DNA of 64,000 nucleotides from Camelus dromedarius (lineage: Eukaryota), in NCBI RefSeq assembly GCF_036321535.1, contig NC_087436.1, forward strand, positions 107,200,001-107,264,000. Direction: 5' to 3'. A model generated the notes under the pieces. The model was given only the letters and a program-made list of their open reading frames with translations. It did no database searches and had not been told where the DNA came from. Numbering within the stretch: position 1 is the stretch's first letter; every line of letters begins with the position of its first letter. The translations under genes and the position numbers were made by a program. This document shows positions 11,790 through 24,160 of this stretch, piece after piece.

Positions 11790-12290
11790 ATAATTCATTC
11801 ATTTATTCAACCACTATTTAATGAGCACCTATTAGGTGCTAGAGATTGTTCTAGACTCCAAGGAGAAGCAATAGAACAAAATAGACAGGATCTCTATACT
11901 CAAAGTTTGTATTACAGTTAGGGGACAGGATTTGAAGTGGGAGAGGCTGATGATAAGCATAAATGAATAAACAAACAAATAAACAATGCAATTATAGAGT
12001 ATTAGAAGTGTTTTGAGGAAAAAATAAACAGAGTGGAGACTCAAAGGACCCAGGGGCATAGTGTTCAGGAAAGGGGGCAACCCCTCTATGGAGGTGGTAT
12101 AGGCTTTAATACCAGAAGGATGGGAATGAGCCATTCAGGTGATGAAGGGGTTGAGGGAACAGTCTTCCAGGGAGTGAGATCTGGAAATGCAAAGGCTCTG
12201 GCTGGGAAAGCACTTGGCATGTTTATAGATTACAAAGTAAGCCACTGGAAGGAGTATACAGAAGAGAGAAGTGAGTGTAAGAGTGCTTCT
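11790..12290 (-). mobile_element. L2 3' end (L2a-like)
   Basis: 'ttcattcatttattcaaccactatttaatgagcacctattaggtgctagag'. Confidence 0.9.
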
Positions 12291-12361
12291 CCAAAGCCTA
12301 TGGGCAATGAGAGGGTTATATTCAAAACCAATCCATTACCTTTAAACTCAGGATTCTTACA

Positions 12362-12814
12362 ATTGACCTTAAACAATAAAACAGCCAGTTGTGTTAACCA
12401 GTGAAATGGGTTTATTTAGCAACAAAAAGAATTGCAATTCAGGACATGCAAGCTATGGCAAACCACAGGCAAGTCTGGAGAATAAAGGAGAGGAACATTC
12501 TTTACAGAGAAAAGGGAGTTGGGAGGGGCTGTTTCAAATAGAGTCCATTGAAGAAAGCTGAGAATTTGAAGTGTTGTGGCTTTTCAATGGTTGAGTTGTG
12601 TTAGTCTCTCATTGGCTGGGCTGTTGCAAGGCAAGGAAACTTCTTCCTTCCTGCTGCTGAGTAGTGAAGTAGTAACCTTCTTTCTGTTGGAAATATAAGA
12701 TGTATCTCTTCCTGTTGGGTCTGCAATTGAGGTGGAGTGGTAGAGTGTGAGAGTGCCCCTTGCTGGCCTCCTGACTCCATTTGACTCCATTTTAAGTAAG
12801 GTTTTTGTTCAACA
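12362..12814 (-). mobile_element. Near full-length ERV1-type LTR
   Basis: The minus strand starts 'tgttgaacaaaaaccttacttaaaatggagtc', has a CCAAT box ('attgg' on +) and AATAAA near its 3' end (tttatt at about 12411). Confidence 0.75.
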
Positions 12815-13340
12815 AAAATACTAATTGAAAATATACATGTATCCCAACTTTCATAGCAGTATTATTTATAATAGCCAGTGTATGGAAGCAGCCTAAGTGT
12901 CCATCAGCAGATGAACGGATAAAGATATATATTACTTAGCCATAAGAAAGAACAAAATTTTCCATCTGCAACAACGTGGATGGAAGATTTTATGCTTAGT
13001 GAAGTGAGTCAGACAGAGAAAGACAAATTGTGTATGTTATCACTTATATGTGGAATCTGAAAAATAAAACAAAGGATTGAATACAACAAAATTGAAAAAG
13101 ACTCATAGATAGAACCAACTTTGGGTTACCAGTGAGAAGAGGAAAGTGGGGAGACACAAAATACTATGTATAAAATAAATAAGCTAAAAAATAAATAAAT
13201 AAATAAATAAGCTACAAGGATGCCTTGAACAGCACAGGGAATATAGCCAATATTTTATAACTTTAAATGAATATAATCTATAAAAATATTGAATCACTAT
13301 GTTGTACATCTATAAATTATCTAAACTTTGATTTTTTTAA
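12811..13340 (+). mobile_element. L1 3' end (artiodactyl type) fused to the LTR
   Basis: 'atggaagcagcctaagtgtccatca', 'gtcagacagagaaagacaaa', 'cagcacagggaatatagccaatatttt'. Confidence 0.92.
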
Positions 13341-13781
13341 ATTTCATCCACAAAAGTTGATAAAACAAGGTTTCTCTTTATTAATTTTCACATTACCCAC
13401 TTGCGAGCAATTTGAGAGGAAAACTACTACAAATCTGGTGGCTGTTTGGATTTCTCCTTTTTTGTCAGCTCTGGCCTCAGGTTGGTCAGGTTTACCTATA
13501 CAATGTTTTATAAATCCCACCCAAAGCTCCTGGCCTAATTTAAGCCTTCGACACTTCGCCTGGCCCACTGAAGAAGCCCTGGGCTCTGGCACCCCACTGT
13601 CACTGTCTCTTCCTTCAGCTGAAGTTTTTCCACTCTGCCGCGAAGTTAGCTTGTTAAGGTACCTCTGACCAGGCAAATCCACCTCAGAGAACCTCAGAGG
13701 CTCCCTGCTGCCCAGACTGCTGAACACACAGTTGAAGGGCTCTCACAGTCTAGCCCCAATTTACATGCTTGCCTCACCTCC

Positions 13782-14202
13782 TGTATTAGTTTCCTAGGGC
13801 TGCCCTAACAAAGGACCACAGACTGGGGCGGGGGGGTCTTAACAGATTTTGCCAGCACACAATTACGGAGGCTAGAAGTCCAAAATCAATGTGTTGACAG
13901 GGCTGGTCCCTTTTGAGGGCTGCGGGAGAAGGACCTGTTCCAGACCTTTCCTCGGCTTATAGATAGCTGTCTCCTCCCTGTGTCTCTTTATGTCACCTTC
14001 TCTCTTTGTGTGTTGTGTGTCCAAATATCCTCTTCTTAGAAGAATACCAGTCATATTGGCTTAGGACCCACCCTAATGAACTTGTTTTAATGTGATCACC
14101 TCTGTAAAGACTCTTATCTCCAAGTAGGGTCACTTTCTGAGATATGGCAGATTAGGACTCCTACACATAAATTTTGAGGAAGACACAATTCAACACATCA
14201 CA
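13782..14202 (-). mobile_element. Solo MaLR LTR (MLT1B-like) with intact 5-bp TSD
   Basis: Termini 'tgtattagtttcctagggctgcc' and 'gacacaattcaacacatcaca'; TSD cctcc at 13777-13781 and 14203-14207. Confidence 0.92.
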
Positions 14203-14999
14203 CCTCCTATCTCCCATCCAATACTGTCTCATCCTGTACTCTGATCCCATTTAACATTCATTTCCCCAAACCACCCTATATCCCGACACCACTGGGTGTT
14301 TCCTTGATCGTTTCCTTCTGCATATGGAATTTCCTTCATGTTTTACTCAATTTGGTGAAATCTTACTTACCAAAAAAGCTAGTTTCAAAAGTCATGACCC
14401 CTAGAAAGTCCCTTATCTCCCCCAACACACATCCTTCTACAACTGGAAAAAACAGCCTCACCCATTTGTGGGTTTGTACCAGCTTGTTTATAACTGGACA
14501 TGACTTGTGATGCAGTGTTAATTAGCTTGGAGCACATCCATCTCCCCAGATAGAGGATGGTGAGCTGTTACATGCTCTGTGTGTAATAGATCCTCGATAA
14601 ATGCTTGGTGGACCAGTGGACCACACTGCCTGGTATTGCTTTTACTCACAGTCTCTTGGTTTTCTTTTTAGAAGCATTTTTGTTGGAGACTTTTGACAGT
14701 GACAAGTAGTATTACTACAACAATGATGGAGACAATGTGATGGATCATGTTGTCAGACCCTACAGTTTCTTTTATATATGAGGTATTGACCAGCTGTGTG
14801 ATTGAAGGAAAATAAAAGTATTATCCATTGGATGAGTGGTTGGACTTGACAATCATTAAATTCTCTTCCATCCCTGGCATGTTATGACAGAACGTTCCAT
14901 TGAATTTGAATAGCAGTTTAATTGCTAACACATCCCATACCCCCCATAAACAATTCTGTATTACACAGCTTTTATAGGTGTGTTGCAATGAATAATAGC

Positions 15000-15400
15000 C
15001 CAAAACATTAGCCAATAAATAAAAGTGTCCTGTGGTCAAATGAGTTTGAATAAAGCTAAATTCCACATCTCCCTCTTGAAGATGACAATGATGTCAACAT
15101 ATTAAGGACTCTGAAAAATCCAGTAGCAAAGAAGAATTTTGAAATGTGTTCCAACATTTCTCCTGCATATTTGATTGCATAAAATTTTATATATACAAAC
15201 ACATATGCACACATAAATAATGCATAAATTTATAAACTATTTATTTGCATGTAAATATCTATACACGTATTTTACATATATTATAAAATGCATGTTTTGT
15301 ATATAAATGCAGGTAGATAGGCAGATAAAAATATTGCCAACAGGCATTTCATCTTAAAAAACTAGTGTCTGTAGAACCTACTTTAGGAAAGGCAGATCCA
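15000..15400. mobile_element. hAT-Charlie MITE (MER103-like) with an AT-rich insert
   Basis: 'tggtcaaatgagtttg', 'catattaaggactctgaaaaatccagtagcaaagaa', terminal 'actttaggaaaggc'. Confidence 0.6.
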
Positions 15401-15749
15401 GTAACATTCATGGACTCTAATAACGAAGACGTATGTTTTATTAGAAGTGGCCATTTGTATTTCTTTTTTTAATACTCTTTGCTTACATTTTTCTCCCACT
15501 CTACACACACATGGATTAGAGGGAGTAATATAAAACTCATTTCTCCACCTAATGCCTCCCTAAAGACATAGCAGCAAGAGTCCTGAATTTCTGAAGACAT
15601 GGTAAAACTAGTGATTATTATTTCAAGGTAAGGTTGTTAGCACTTTTGGTAACAGATTCTTGCAACATTTGTTCACCAGACATTGTCTGTGATTTTGGAA
15701 GAGCTGCACATTAGATCTCTGACTCAGAAGGACTTTGCAGTGATGATGG

Positions 15750-16145
15750 TGATAATCAGCTTTCATGTCCACTTGGTTGGCTCTGGCCCCAGTTATTCAA
15801 TCAAGCACTAATCTAAGTGTTGCTTTGCAAGTATTTTATAAAATTTTATAAAAGTTGGGATGAAAGTCTGTAATCAGTTGACTTTAACTAAGAGACTTTG
15901 TTTTAGATAATCTGGGTGGCACTGATTTAACCCATCGAAAGGGGCTTCCTGATGAACTACAAGTTCTATCTGCATCCTCAGCTTCCACTTGTGTCCATGG
16001 ATCCCAGCAGGCCCTTTCTGATAGCCTGTCCTATTGGACTTGCCCAGGCAGTCCTCACAATTGCATGAGCCAGTTCCTTGCAATAAATCTCTTTAATATG
16101 TATCCCCTACTGCTTCTGTTTCTCTGACTGAGAACTAATTGATAT
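15750..16145 (+). mobile_element. ERVL LTR (MLT2D-like)
   Basis: 'ccagttattcaatcaagcactaatctaagtgttgct', 'aatcagttgactttaa', 'gagccagttccttgcaataaatctc'. Confidence 0.88.
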
Positions 16146-16969
16146 CAAGGTAATGTATTTTCTGTGGCCACCACCCTACACTTTATTTTGCCTTTTTTGA
16201 TCATGAGACTCTGAAGGGCAGGGAGCAAATCTCATTCATCTCGATGGCCTCAGTACCTCTGGGACTTGGCAGACTGGAGCTCCGTAAATGTACACTGAAT
16301 GAAATAATTAATCAACATAGACTGAACCCATGGCAAAGGCATATTTAAACAGGCTTTTCTGTGCTTTTGTGTGGTTTTTTTAATAACCCACTGAGGTCAT
16401 ATTTTTTGTGGTTTTGCTGATAAAGGAAGAGAATTCTATTTTTTCTCTATCCGTCTATAGAATGAAAGAAAAATATAAAAGCACTACAAACACAAGCTTT
16501 GGCTAATTATTAGGGAAATTATATGGAGCAAGCACATAGCAAACAAAATAGTTTCAAGGGTAATAACATTGTGGCATTTTATATAACTATATGCTTTTGT
16601 AACAAAAAGGTTTCTTACCAGTCTTATGATACAATCCCATAATTTTGCAAATAGGGCTGATTTTTCTTAAACCATTTTTAATCACACTCTAAAATCCAGG
16701 TGTGTCATAAGGAAAAGCTCAGCGTTTCACTGGGGCTGTATTGGTAGGAAAAAAAGAAAAACAGCCTAATTTTCATTGATATATTTTATGTGATAGATGT
16801 TGCCCTGGACTGTTTGCACTCTTAACAAACATGTCCTCCCCTGACAGTAGGTCAAGTGATTATGATAAAGTGAAATGGGGTTATAAATGTAGAGGATGTG
16901 TATGTGCGGGGGTGGAGAGCAGGGAAGATAAATAAATGTTACTTGTTCAAGAGAAGAGAAATGAGGAAA

Positions 16970-17205
16970 ATAATTCACAGGAGAGTTCTACTATATGCCA
17001 CCCTTGGTGATATTGAGAGATAATGAAGTGAGTTATATATTTTACATCATTTAATCTTTACAATCCTGTGAGAGAGGTTTTGTTAGCAGTATTTTACAAA
17101 TGAGGCTCAGATAGGGTGAGTAATTTGGCAGATAACTAATTAGTCAAAAAGGCAGGATTTGAATTCAGGGCTGACTCCAAGGTCGATGCTCTTTTCCACT
17201 ACATA
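16970..17205 (-). mobile_element. MIR SINE
   Basis: 'catcatttaatcttacaatcctgtgag...ttttacaaatgagg...ggatttgaattcagg'. Confidence 0.85.
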
Positions 17206-18223
17206 AATGTTTCCCTTGCATTTTTATCACAATTCATACTGGATGACCCCTTTAATAAATGTTTGAGTTTGGAATCATAAATAATCACACCTATTTCCCA
17301 CATTTATCTCCTAAGAAATGAAAAGAAAAAATAGATAGATGGAGTACAGGTATCCCCTTTATTATAGGTAAAAGTGGAAGAGAGAAACCAGCTTAAATGT
17401 GCATCCACATAAGGGCTTCCCAATGCTCCTCCCCAATCTGGGCCTTGGGAAGACTCACCTGTGGGAACATGTAGACATGCGGATCAGACACTGTTGCTCA
17501 GATCAGACACTATTGTTCAGAACCCTTCGACCATGTGCCTTTTTTCTTTTCGGTAGAAGACTTAGAACTCCAGTCCACCCTTCAGAAACCAGGCTAAGAC
17601 TCTGATTCACACGTGCTAGCCATGTGGAAGACCAAATCAGAAAACAGCCACGCTGAAGGCAGACAGACCCAAAGCGAGAAACCAGAAATGGATTCACCTC
17701 TGCATGTTCACCCTCTTCCCAATCTCAGCCGTCAGAAAAGCCACGCTTCTCTCCGAAGGGAAAGAGTGAGTAAGCGGTGAAGAAAGATTAGAAGCACAGC
17801 TTCTAAAATTTACCCTCCAGTAAGTGTGTGGGGGGAGCCCCACTCCACCAGCGCTCCTTACTGTACTAGGTACAGAAATTGAAGGAGTGAGAATTATGGC
17901 CCTTTCTAATATATTTCAACAATGTCAGTCAGATGTAGCTACCTTTCTGGATTCCCATGAGGGAGGAGTGGGAGATTAGCATCTTCTCTGGGACAGTCTC
18001 CTCCCTCCTTCGTGAGGTGGTTCCCTACACCACTGCCTCTCTGGAAGAGCTAGAGGACAGCTGAGCTTTTCCTTAGAGAAGGCTCTGAAATTATTTTTTA
18101 ATTGGTTAGTTAAACACGAAACCCAACTCATACCTACAGTTGAAAATTCATTCCTTAATCTATTTATCATCTAAAATTTTTCCCAGTAAGTTATCCTACA
18201 TGGCTGACCAGAGTTATACAAAG

Positions 18224-18706
18224 TGCATTAATTTCCTAAGGCTGCCATAACAAAGTGCCACAATCCATGTGACTTAACACAAAAGAAATTCATTTTCTCA
18301 AAGTTCTCAAGGGTAGGAGTCTGAAATCAAGGTGTTGGCAGAGCCATGCTCCCTCTGAAACCTCTACCAGGGAATCCTTCTTTGCTTCCTCTAGCTTCTG
18401 CTGCTTGCTGGCAATCCTTTAAGTTCCTTGGCTAACAGATGCTCCACTCCAATCTCTCTCTCCATCATTACATGGCTGTCTTCTCCACTTGTGTGTTTGT
18501 GTCTTCACATGGTGATCTCTCTTCTTTAGGCTCTCTTTTGTTAGAAGGACCCCAGTCACATTAGATTAAGTGCCTATCCTACAGCAGTATGAGCTCTTAT
18601 CTAGTCACATCTGTGGCAACTCTATTTCCAAAAAAGTTCACATTCTGAGTACGGAGAGTAGGAATGTCAACATATATAGTAGGGGTTGACAATTCAATCC
18701 ATAGAA
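18224..18706 (-). mobile_element. Solo MaLR LTR (MLT1C-like)
   Basis: 'aggctgccataacaaagtgccacaa', 'tctgaaatcaaggtgttggcagagccatgctccctctgaa'; probable TSD caaag. Confidence 0.92.
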
Positions 18707-19279
18707 CAAAGTCACCACATAAATGCATAAAGCTGCTAAGACAGCTAAGACAACCTACCAAAAAGAGCGTCAGATCTGAATAAATCTTTCCATTCCTAGA
18801 GAGAAATTAAGGTCTAAATATTAAGTGCTCTTACTTTTCAAGTCAGTGTCCAATGATTCTACAGTCCAAAAATCCTGAAATTAAGGTCCCAGATTTATCT
18901 CATTCTGCTGCATCCCAATCAGAACATCTCTCTATGATGTGTTCCCCAGGGGTTGTACAGCACTCCCTAGAATGGAGATGATTCCTTCCTGAATTAGTTC
19001 AATACAAACAATTAGTTCAATCCAGTTTCCTTTGTGCCTTTTTCTCTCAAAAGTGTGAAAAGTCAGTATGTCCCACAAGATTATCCCAACACTCCCATGT
19101 CCACACAAATGAGAGAACGAGGCATCCCCAGTACTAAAAGCAAAGTTACTTTGTCCTAACCTAGCAGCAGGTACAATCCAAGTAGAGAAGGAAATATTCA
19201 AATAAGGAAAGACATCCAAGTGAAGAAGGAGAGTTAGTGTAAGATGGTAAGATGGTTCCTTCTGTTTTATGCTTTTCAG

Positions 19280-19366
19280 CAGGTCCACTACGAATGACTT
19301 CGGGACCTGAAGCAAGAACACATGCAAATGGAGGACCACAGACTATTGTCGAAACATTCAAAAGTT
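19280..19366 (+). other. Candidate internal exon (87 nt, phase 1-1); gene unknown
   Basis: Acceptor 'ttctgttttatgcttttcag|cag', donor '|gtaagt'; one open frame reads GPLRMTSGPEARTHANGGPQTIVETFKS, which I do not recognise. Confidence 0.25.
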
Positions 19367-21832
19367 GTAAGTCAAGTTAACAAATTATGAAATCCAATAT
19401 GTTATATCCTCCTAATTAGACAAAAATACAACCTGGAAGTCAAATTAGAATTTAGAATTCTCAAACTCTTTTGTGTTCTTATTCTAATAACTCTTTTAAG
19501 AGCAGTCAGACCCTGAGGCATCCCTTTTCTGTCGTACCCTGTGATCACAGAGCTCTTCTCAGCTGCTCCCTCTGATTTTTTTTTTTTTTCATTTTTTGGT
19601 TCTACGTCAGTTTTTTTCTCTTCTGTATCCAAAGCTACACCCTTTTCTGAGTTCTGGTTCCAAGTTTGCCTAAAATATCTTCAGTTTGGTCTTTGTAATC
19701 TTTCCATGTTCACCTAATTCCTGAGAGAAGGCATTCCAGAGAAAAGCTATCTCTGATAAATTTGTGGCCTTTGTGTTTGTAATGAACCTATGCAACTTTT
19801 TCTCCTCTTTGCTTGTGGAAGCTTTTCCAGTGGATCAAAAGCACTGTTAATCTTCATCTGTTTATCAGTAAAATACACTACTCTTCCATGACTAAAGCCA
19901 GTGTCCAGGCACCTGGAATAAAAGCCATTGTCAGAACTTCCAAAATGGACAAGTCTAGAACCAAAATGGAGCAATGTGATGGGACTCTGTAAACAATCCA
20001 CATGGAACCAAGATGTTGGTCCCTCCAGAGCCCGATCATTGACTCTCTCTACAAGTAGTTCATGGAAAAAAGGAATGAGAGCGCAAACAAGAGAGAGAGA
20101 AGAAATAGAATTGGACATCTAATTTACTGCCCAGAAGAAGCAACTTAAAGACACAAATCTAAAATATAGTTTTTTGCATTCCAGTAGAACTTAGCTGCCC
20201 TTTGCATTTTCAAGTCCTGTTCTGAAGTTCTAGGGGAGAACACAATAAAAGGAACAACAATAAAGCTATTGTGACAAACAGATAGGTGAAAAGTCAGCGT
20301 GCTGCAGATCTGCTCATTTGTAACGACTTTCAATGAGAAATAAAAATAGCCATTCCCTAGTAATCTAATCACTGTCTCAGTTAAGCCTGAAAGGTCAAAG
20401 TCGGCTTTAAAAGGCCATTCATACAATCTCCAGTCGACTAGGCTCAGCACAGCCCAGGTGAGTTTCAACAACAAAAACAACCAACAAGTATATAAAGTTT
20501 AAATATTTGGCTTGTTGTTCTCTCTGGTCCTGACTGTCACCAAAAACATTCAATTCCTTCCAGAGGAATTAAGAGAGGTTGAAGGAAGGGTCAATGTTGT
20601 CCATTTACAAGATGACATTGTCTCCATTTTACAGGTGAGAAACCGCATGCCTTTGCATCACAAGGTAATTACACACTGATTATACCCGGGGGAGCAAAGA
20701 TCTTGTACCTTCAGACACACAAGAACAAAAGTAGGATTTTTCTGTCCTCAAGAACCGTATTATCTTGTGGGAGGGAGAATGGTTCTAAATTATATAAGGC
20801 CCTTTTTGATTCTGAGAATCTATGTTTAACAATTTCTATGAACCGAGATGATTAAAAGTAGGTTATATTGGAAACTTCTTTATGAGTAGGAGAAAACGTT
20901 CAACTGAAAGAATGGACAAGATTTCAAGGAGAAAGTGACATTTGAAATAGGACACAGTGGGTTAAAGTTTACACTGTTTGACTCATGTAACTCTTTGTCT
21001 ATAACCTAACTTGCTCATGAGCCCTAATTCCTACCTTTTGGGAACCAATGGACTCAATCATATCATTTCAAGGCAGTTTCATCATTTTTTATTGAGATGA
21101 CTTCTTCCAGTTTGACTCTTTCTTTTGGTTTGAACAAATTTCCAGGGTGATTTATTTTGTTGTTTGTTGTTTTCTTTTGTTTTCAAGATCTCTGCCAATT
21201 TTTTTCTTTCTCCCCTTAGGCTTGATCTAAAATCCTAGAGGGACCTGCCCTCTTGGTACTCCCAGAAGGAGCAGATGTCGGGTCTGTTTTCAACTGCAGA
21301 CCCTCACGTGGTCTAACTGTTCCACCAGGTCATGGGATGTCCTGTGCCAGAATCCACCGAGGTGTGGCTGGAGTCACCTGAATCCTTTTGATATGGCCCT
21401 AACATCACCATTGTGGTCCATGGTCCCTTTCGCTGCCTGCCCTCACATGGTGCCCATTCTCATCCCTGATTCAAGTCCCTCCCACTCAATCCATCTTCTC
21501 AACAATTCCCTACAACCCAGAGTAGCCTGGGAATTCTAAACTGCCACCTTCAGACTTGACTGAAACTTGTGGAACTCTATGAGGCTGCCTTGAGTCCTAC
21601 CCCTCAAGCATTTTCATTAGCCACAATCATGGAACTGCAAGCAACAAGCACGCTCTCAACTCATGCTTACAAGTCTCTTCCTCTCTTCTTTCCCGTCCCT
21701 TTTTCTCCCCCTTTTGCCTTCTCGTTCTCCCCCTCCCTATCCTTCTCTTCCATCCTCTCTCCCTCCCTATCTTGCTCTCTCTGGTTCCAACAATCCTAGT
21801 GTCCGGAGGTCTTTCTTTCCTTCCTGGCTCCA

Positions 21833-22150
21833 CAGTTGACCCTCCATATCAGCAGCTTCCACAATCATGGATTCAACGAGCGTGGATGGAAAATATTCAA
21901 GAAAGAAAAATTCCAGAAAGTTCCAAAAAGGAAAACTTGAATTTGCCATGGTCTGCCAACTATTTACATAGCATTTACATTGAATGAAGTATCCTGAGTA
22001 ATCTAGAGATGATTTAAAGTATACAGGGGGGTGTGCTAGGTTATATGCAAATACTATGCTATTTTATATAAGGCACTTGAACATCCGAGGATGTTGGTGT
22101 CTGCAGGGGAGCTGGAACCAATACCCCAGGGGATACTGAGGAATAAACCG
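21833..22150 (-). mobile_element. MER2-like Tigger MITE
   Basis: 'cagttgaccctccatatc', 'taatctagagatgatttaaagtatacagg', 'ggaaccaataccccaggggatactgagg'. Confidence 0.9.
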
Positions 22151-23026
22151 GTTGTGATCAGATAGCTTGCTTTGTCTACAAGCTACAGCTTCAGTAACCT
22201 CTGACAGACAGGCTTGCCTCTTCATATATAAAACCCATCTTTGGAAAAAGAGGATAAAAATCATGTTCTCTCAGTCCAGCCAGGCTCCAGGAAACACTGA
22301 CCCCCGTTGGTGGCAGGGTGGACCCTGAGAACAAATAAAGCTATTATAGTTGTGTGGTTGTTTGGGGCTTTGCAGTGGTTAGGGAGCTTGGAATTGTGTG
22401 GGTTTCTGTGGATGGCCAGCCTCACAGGATCAGCTGAGACAAGGATTCATTATAAAGAGCTTTCTCATTCCAGTTAAGGCTCCCTTCAAAGTGGGGAGAC
22501 TGCTGTGTGTTGACTTTTTAAACACCATTTTTTTTTAACACCACTTTTATTATGCTTCTTAAGCAGCACTTGATGCCAGTACTTACAAATGCAAAGGGTA
22601 GAAATTTCCCCTGGCTACAGACTACTGGCATTTGAGGTTTGAGACTTTAACTGATAGTTTCAGGAAGAAATGGTATTAGATTTGCTGCCAGAAATTCTGG
22701 AACTTTCCATCTCTTTTCTACCTATGTAGAGGGTCAATGAGAGGACCGTGGGAGGCTATCTCCTCTTTCCACTCCACCAATCCATTCCCTTCCTTGTTTC
22801 AACTACAACATGGCTTCAAGTTTGTTCTGACTGGTCTTATCCTAGGCAGAAAGAATAAAAGCAACCACATGAGTGAGTACACAGTAGTGGGGTAGGAGGA
22901 AGGGACAGCAGGTCAACTAGAGTTTGACTTCAGTTTGGGTTTAGACCATACGTGTAAAGAGCCATGATTGTAGAGTTTGCTCAAAAGATGAGGAGGAACC
23001 GTTAAAACGTTTAGGTTTGTGAACAG

Positions 23027-23390
23027 TGTAACTGAACCAAGTCTGGGGGAAAATACTTAATGATCTGAAACAGTTCTCTGCAGGAGCTCAGAACAGACGT
23101 GACTTTGGGGGTAAAAGGTCGTAATTTACGGACAATACACGGACAGAGGGGCACTGCATCCTAAAAAAATGTCCCTGTCCCTAAAGCTGAACCAATAACT
23201 TTTATCCGAAAGGCCATAGGACTCTCTCTAGTAAACATGGTTATTTTTATCACTAGAGCATAGACAGAGTCTTGAGAAGTACAAAACACATCAAGACAGT
23301 TTTTAAAAGAATATTAAATATAGGTCATTCACAAATCCCCCTGGCTGATGACACCGAATACATTCAAATTATGCTCCGATGACTTATACT
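23027..23390 (-). mobile_element. Possible ERV LTR remnant
   Basis: Starts 'tgtaactgaaccaag', retains some CpGs and has a TATA-like 'cttttat' on the minus strand; family not recognised. Confidence 0.3.
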
Positions 23391-23996
23391 GTGCCAGCCT
23401 GGAGTGACTTCTGAGTGGCAGCAGCTGAGATGTGCCTTAAAAATAGATTTTCTTTAATTGGATTCAAAATCAATTAAAATCCCATTAGAAACATAATTGT
23501 AGTGATACAAATCTTAAAATGGCATCTTTTAAAATAAACTAAAAAATGGGGGGTGCTGGGTAATTAAGGCTTGGTACTGCACAGACCACATCATATTTTT
23601 CAGTCACCACCTGCCCAGATGCAGGTAGATGCTTCAATTTCTGAAGAAGAATGATTGGAAGAGATGGAATGTCAGATGCAGGTGTGGACACCAATAAAAC
23701 ATATAGATCCCCAGTGGATCTCTTCTGAGAGAGTCAAAAGCCATCTAGATATCCCATCATAGTTTCAGATATGTTCTACATCTTTTCTGTCTACTAACTA
23801 ACCAGTTAAGAATGTGCTAAGCAATGCCATCCTCCACTTACTTTTACCCATTATTCAAGATCCAGCTCAAATGTTAACCTTTTGCCAAAGCTAAGCCTGA
23901 AACCCTTGGAATCAGTTACTATTTGGCTCCTTGGAACAATTATGACACAGTCTTTTGACCTTTATCATTTCAAACTTGTTTTGGTTATAGACTCTG

Positions 23997-24160
23997 TCCT
24001 TGTTCTCAAAGTGTGGTCTTCAAACCAGCAGCAGCAGCATCACCTGCGAACGTGTTGGAAATGCAGACTCTCGAGCCCTGCTCAGAACTGCTGAATCAGA
24101 GTCAGCACTGTGACAAGGTGCTCAGGTGGTTTGCCTAGACATTCAAGTTCGAGAAGCAGT
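23997..24160. mobile_element. MER5A-like hAT MITE
   Basis: 'ttctcaaagtgtggtc...accagcagcagcagcatcacctg...aaatgcaga...ctgaatcaga...agttcgagaagca'. Confidence 0.92.

Noticed and set aside
15834..15853. Perfect 20-bp palindrome ttttataaaattttataaaa
   Set aside because: A low-complexity tandem duplication of a 10-mer inside an MLT2 LTR.
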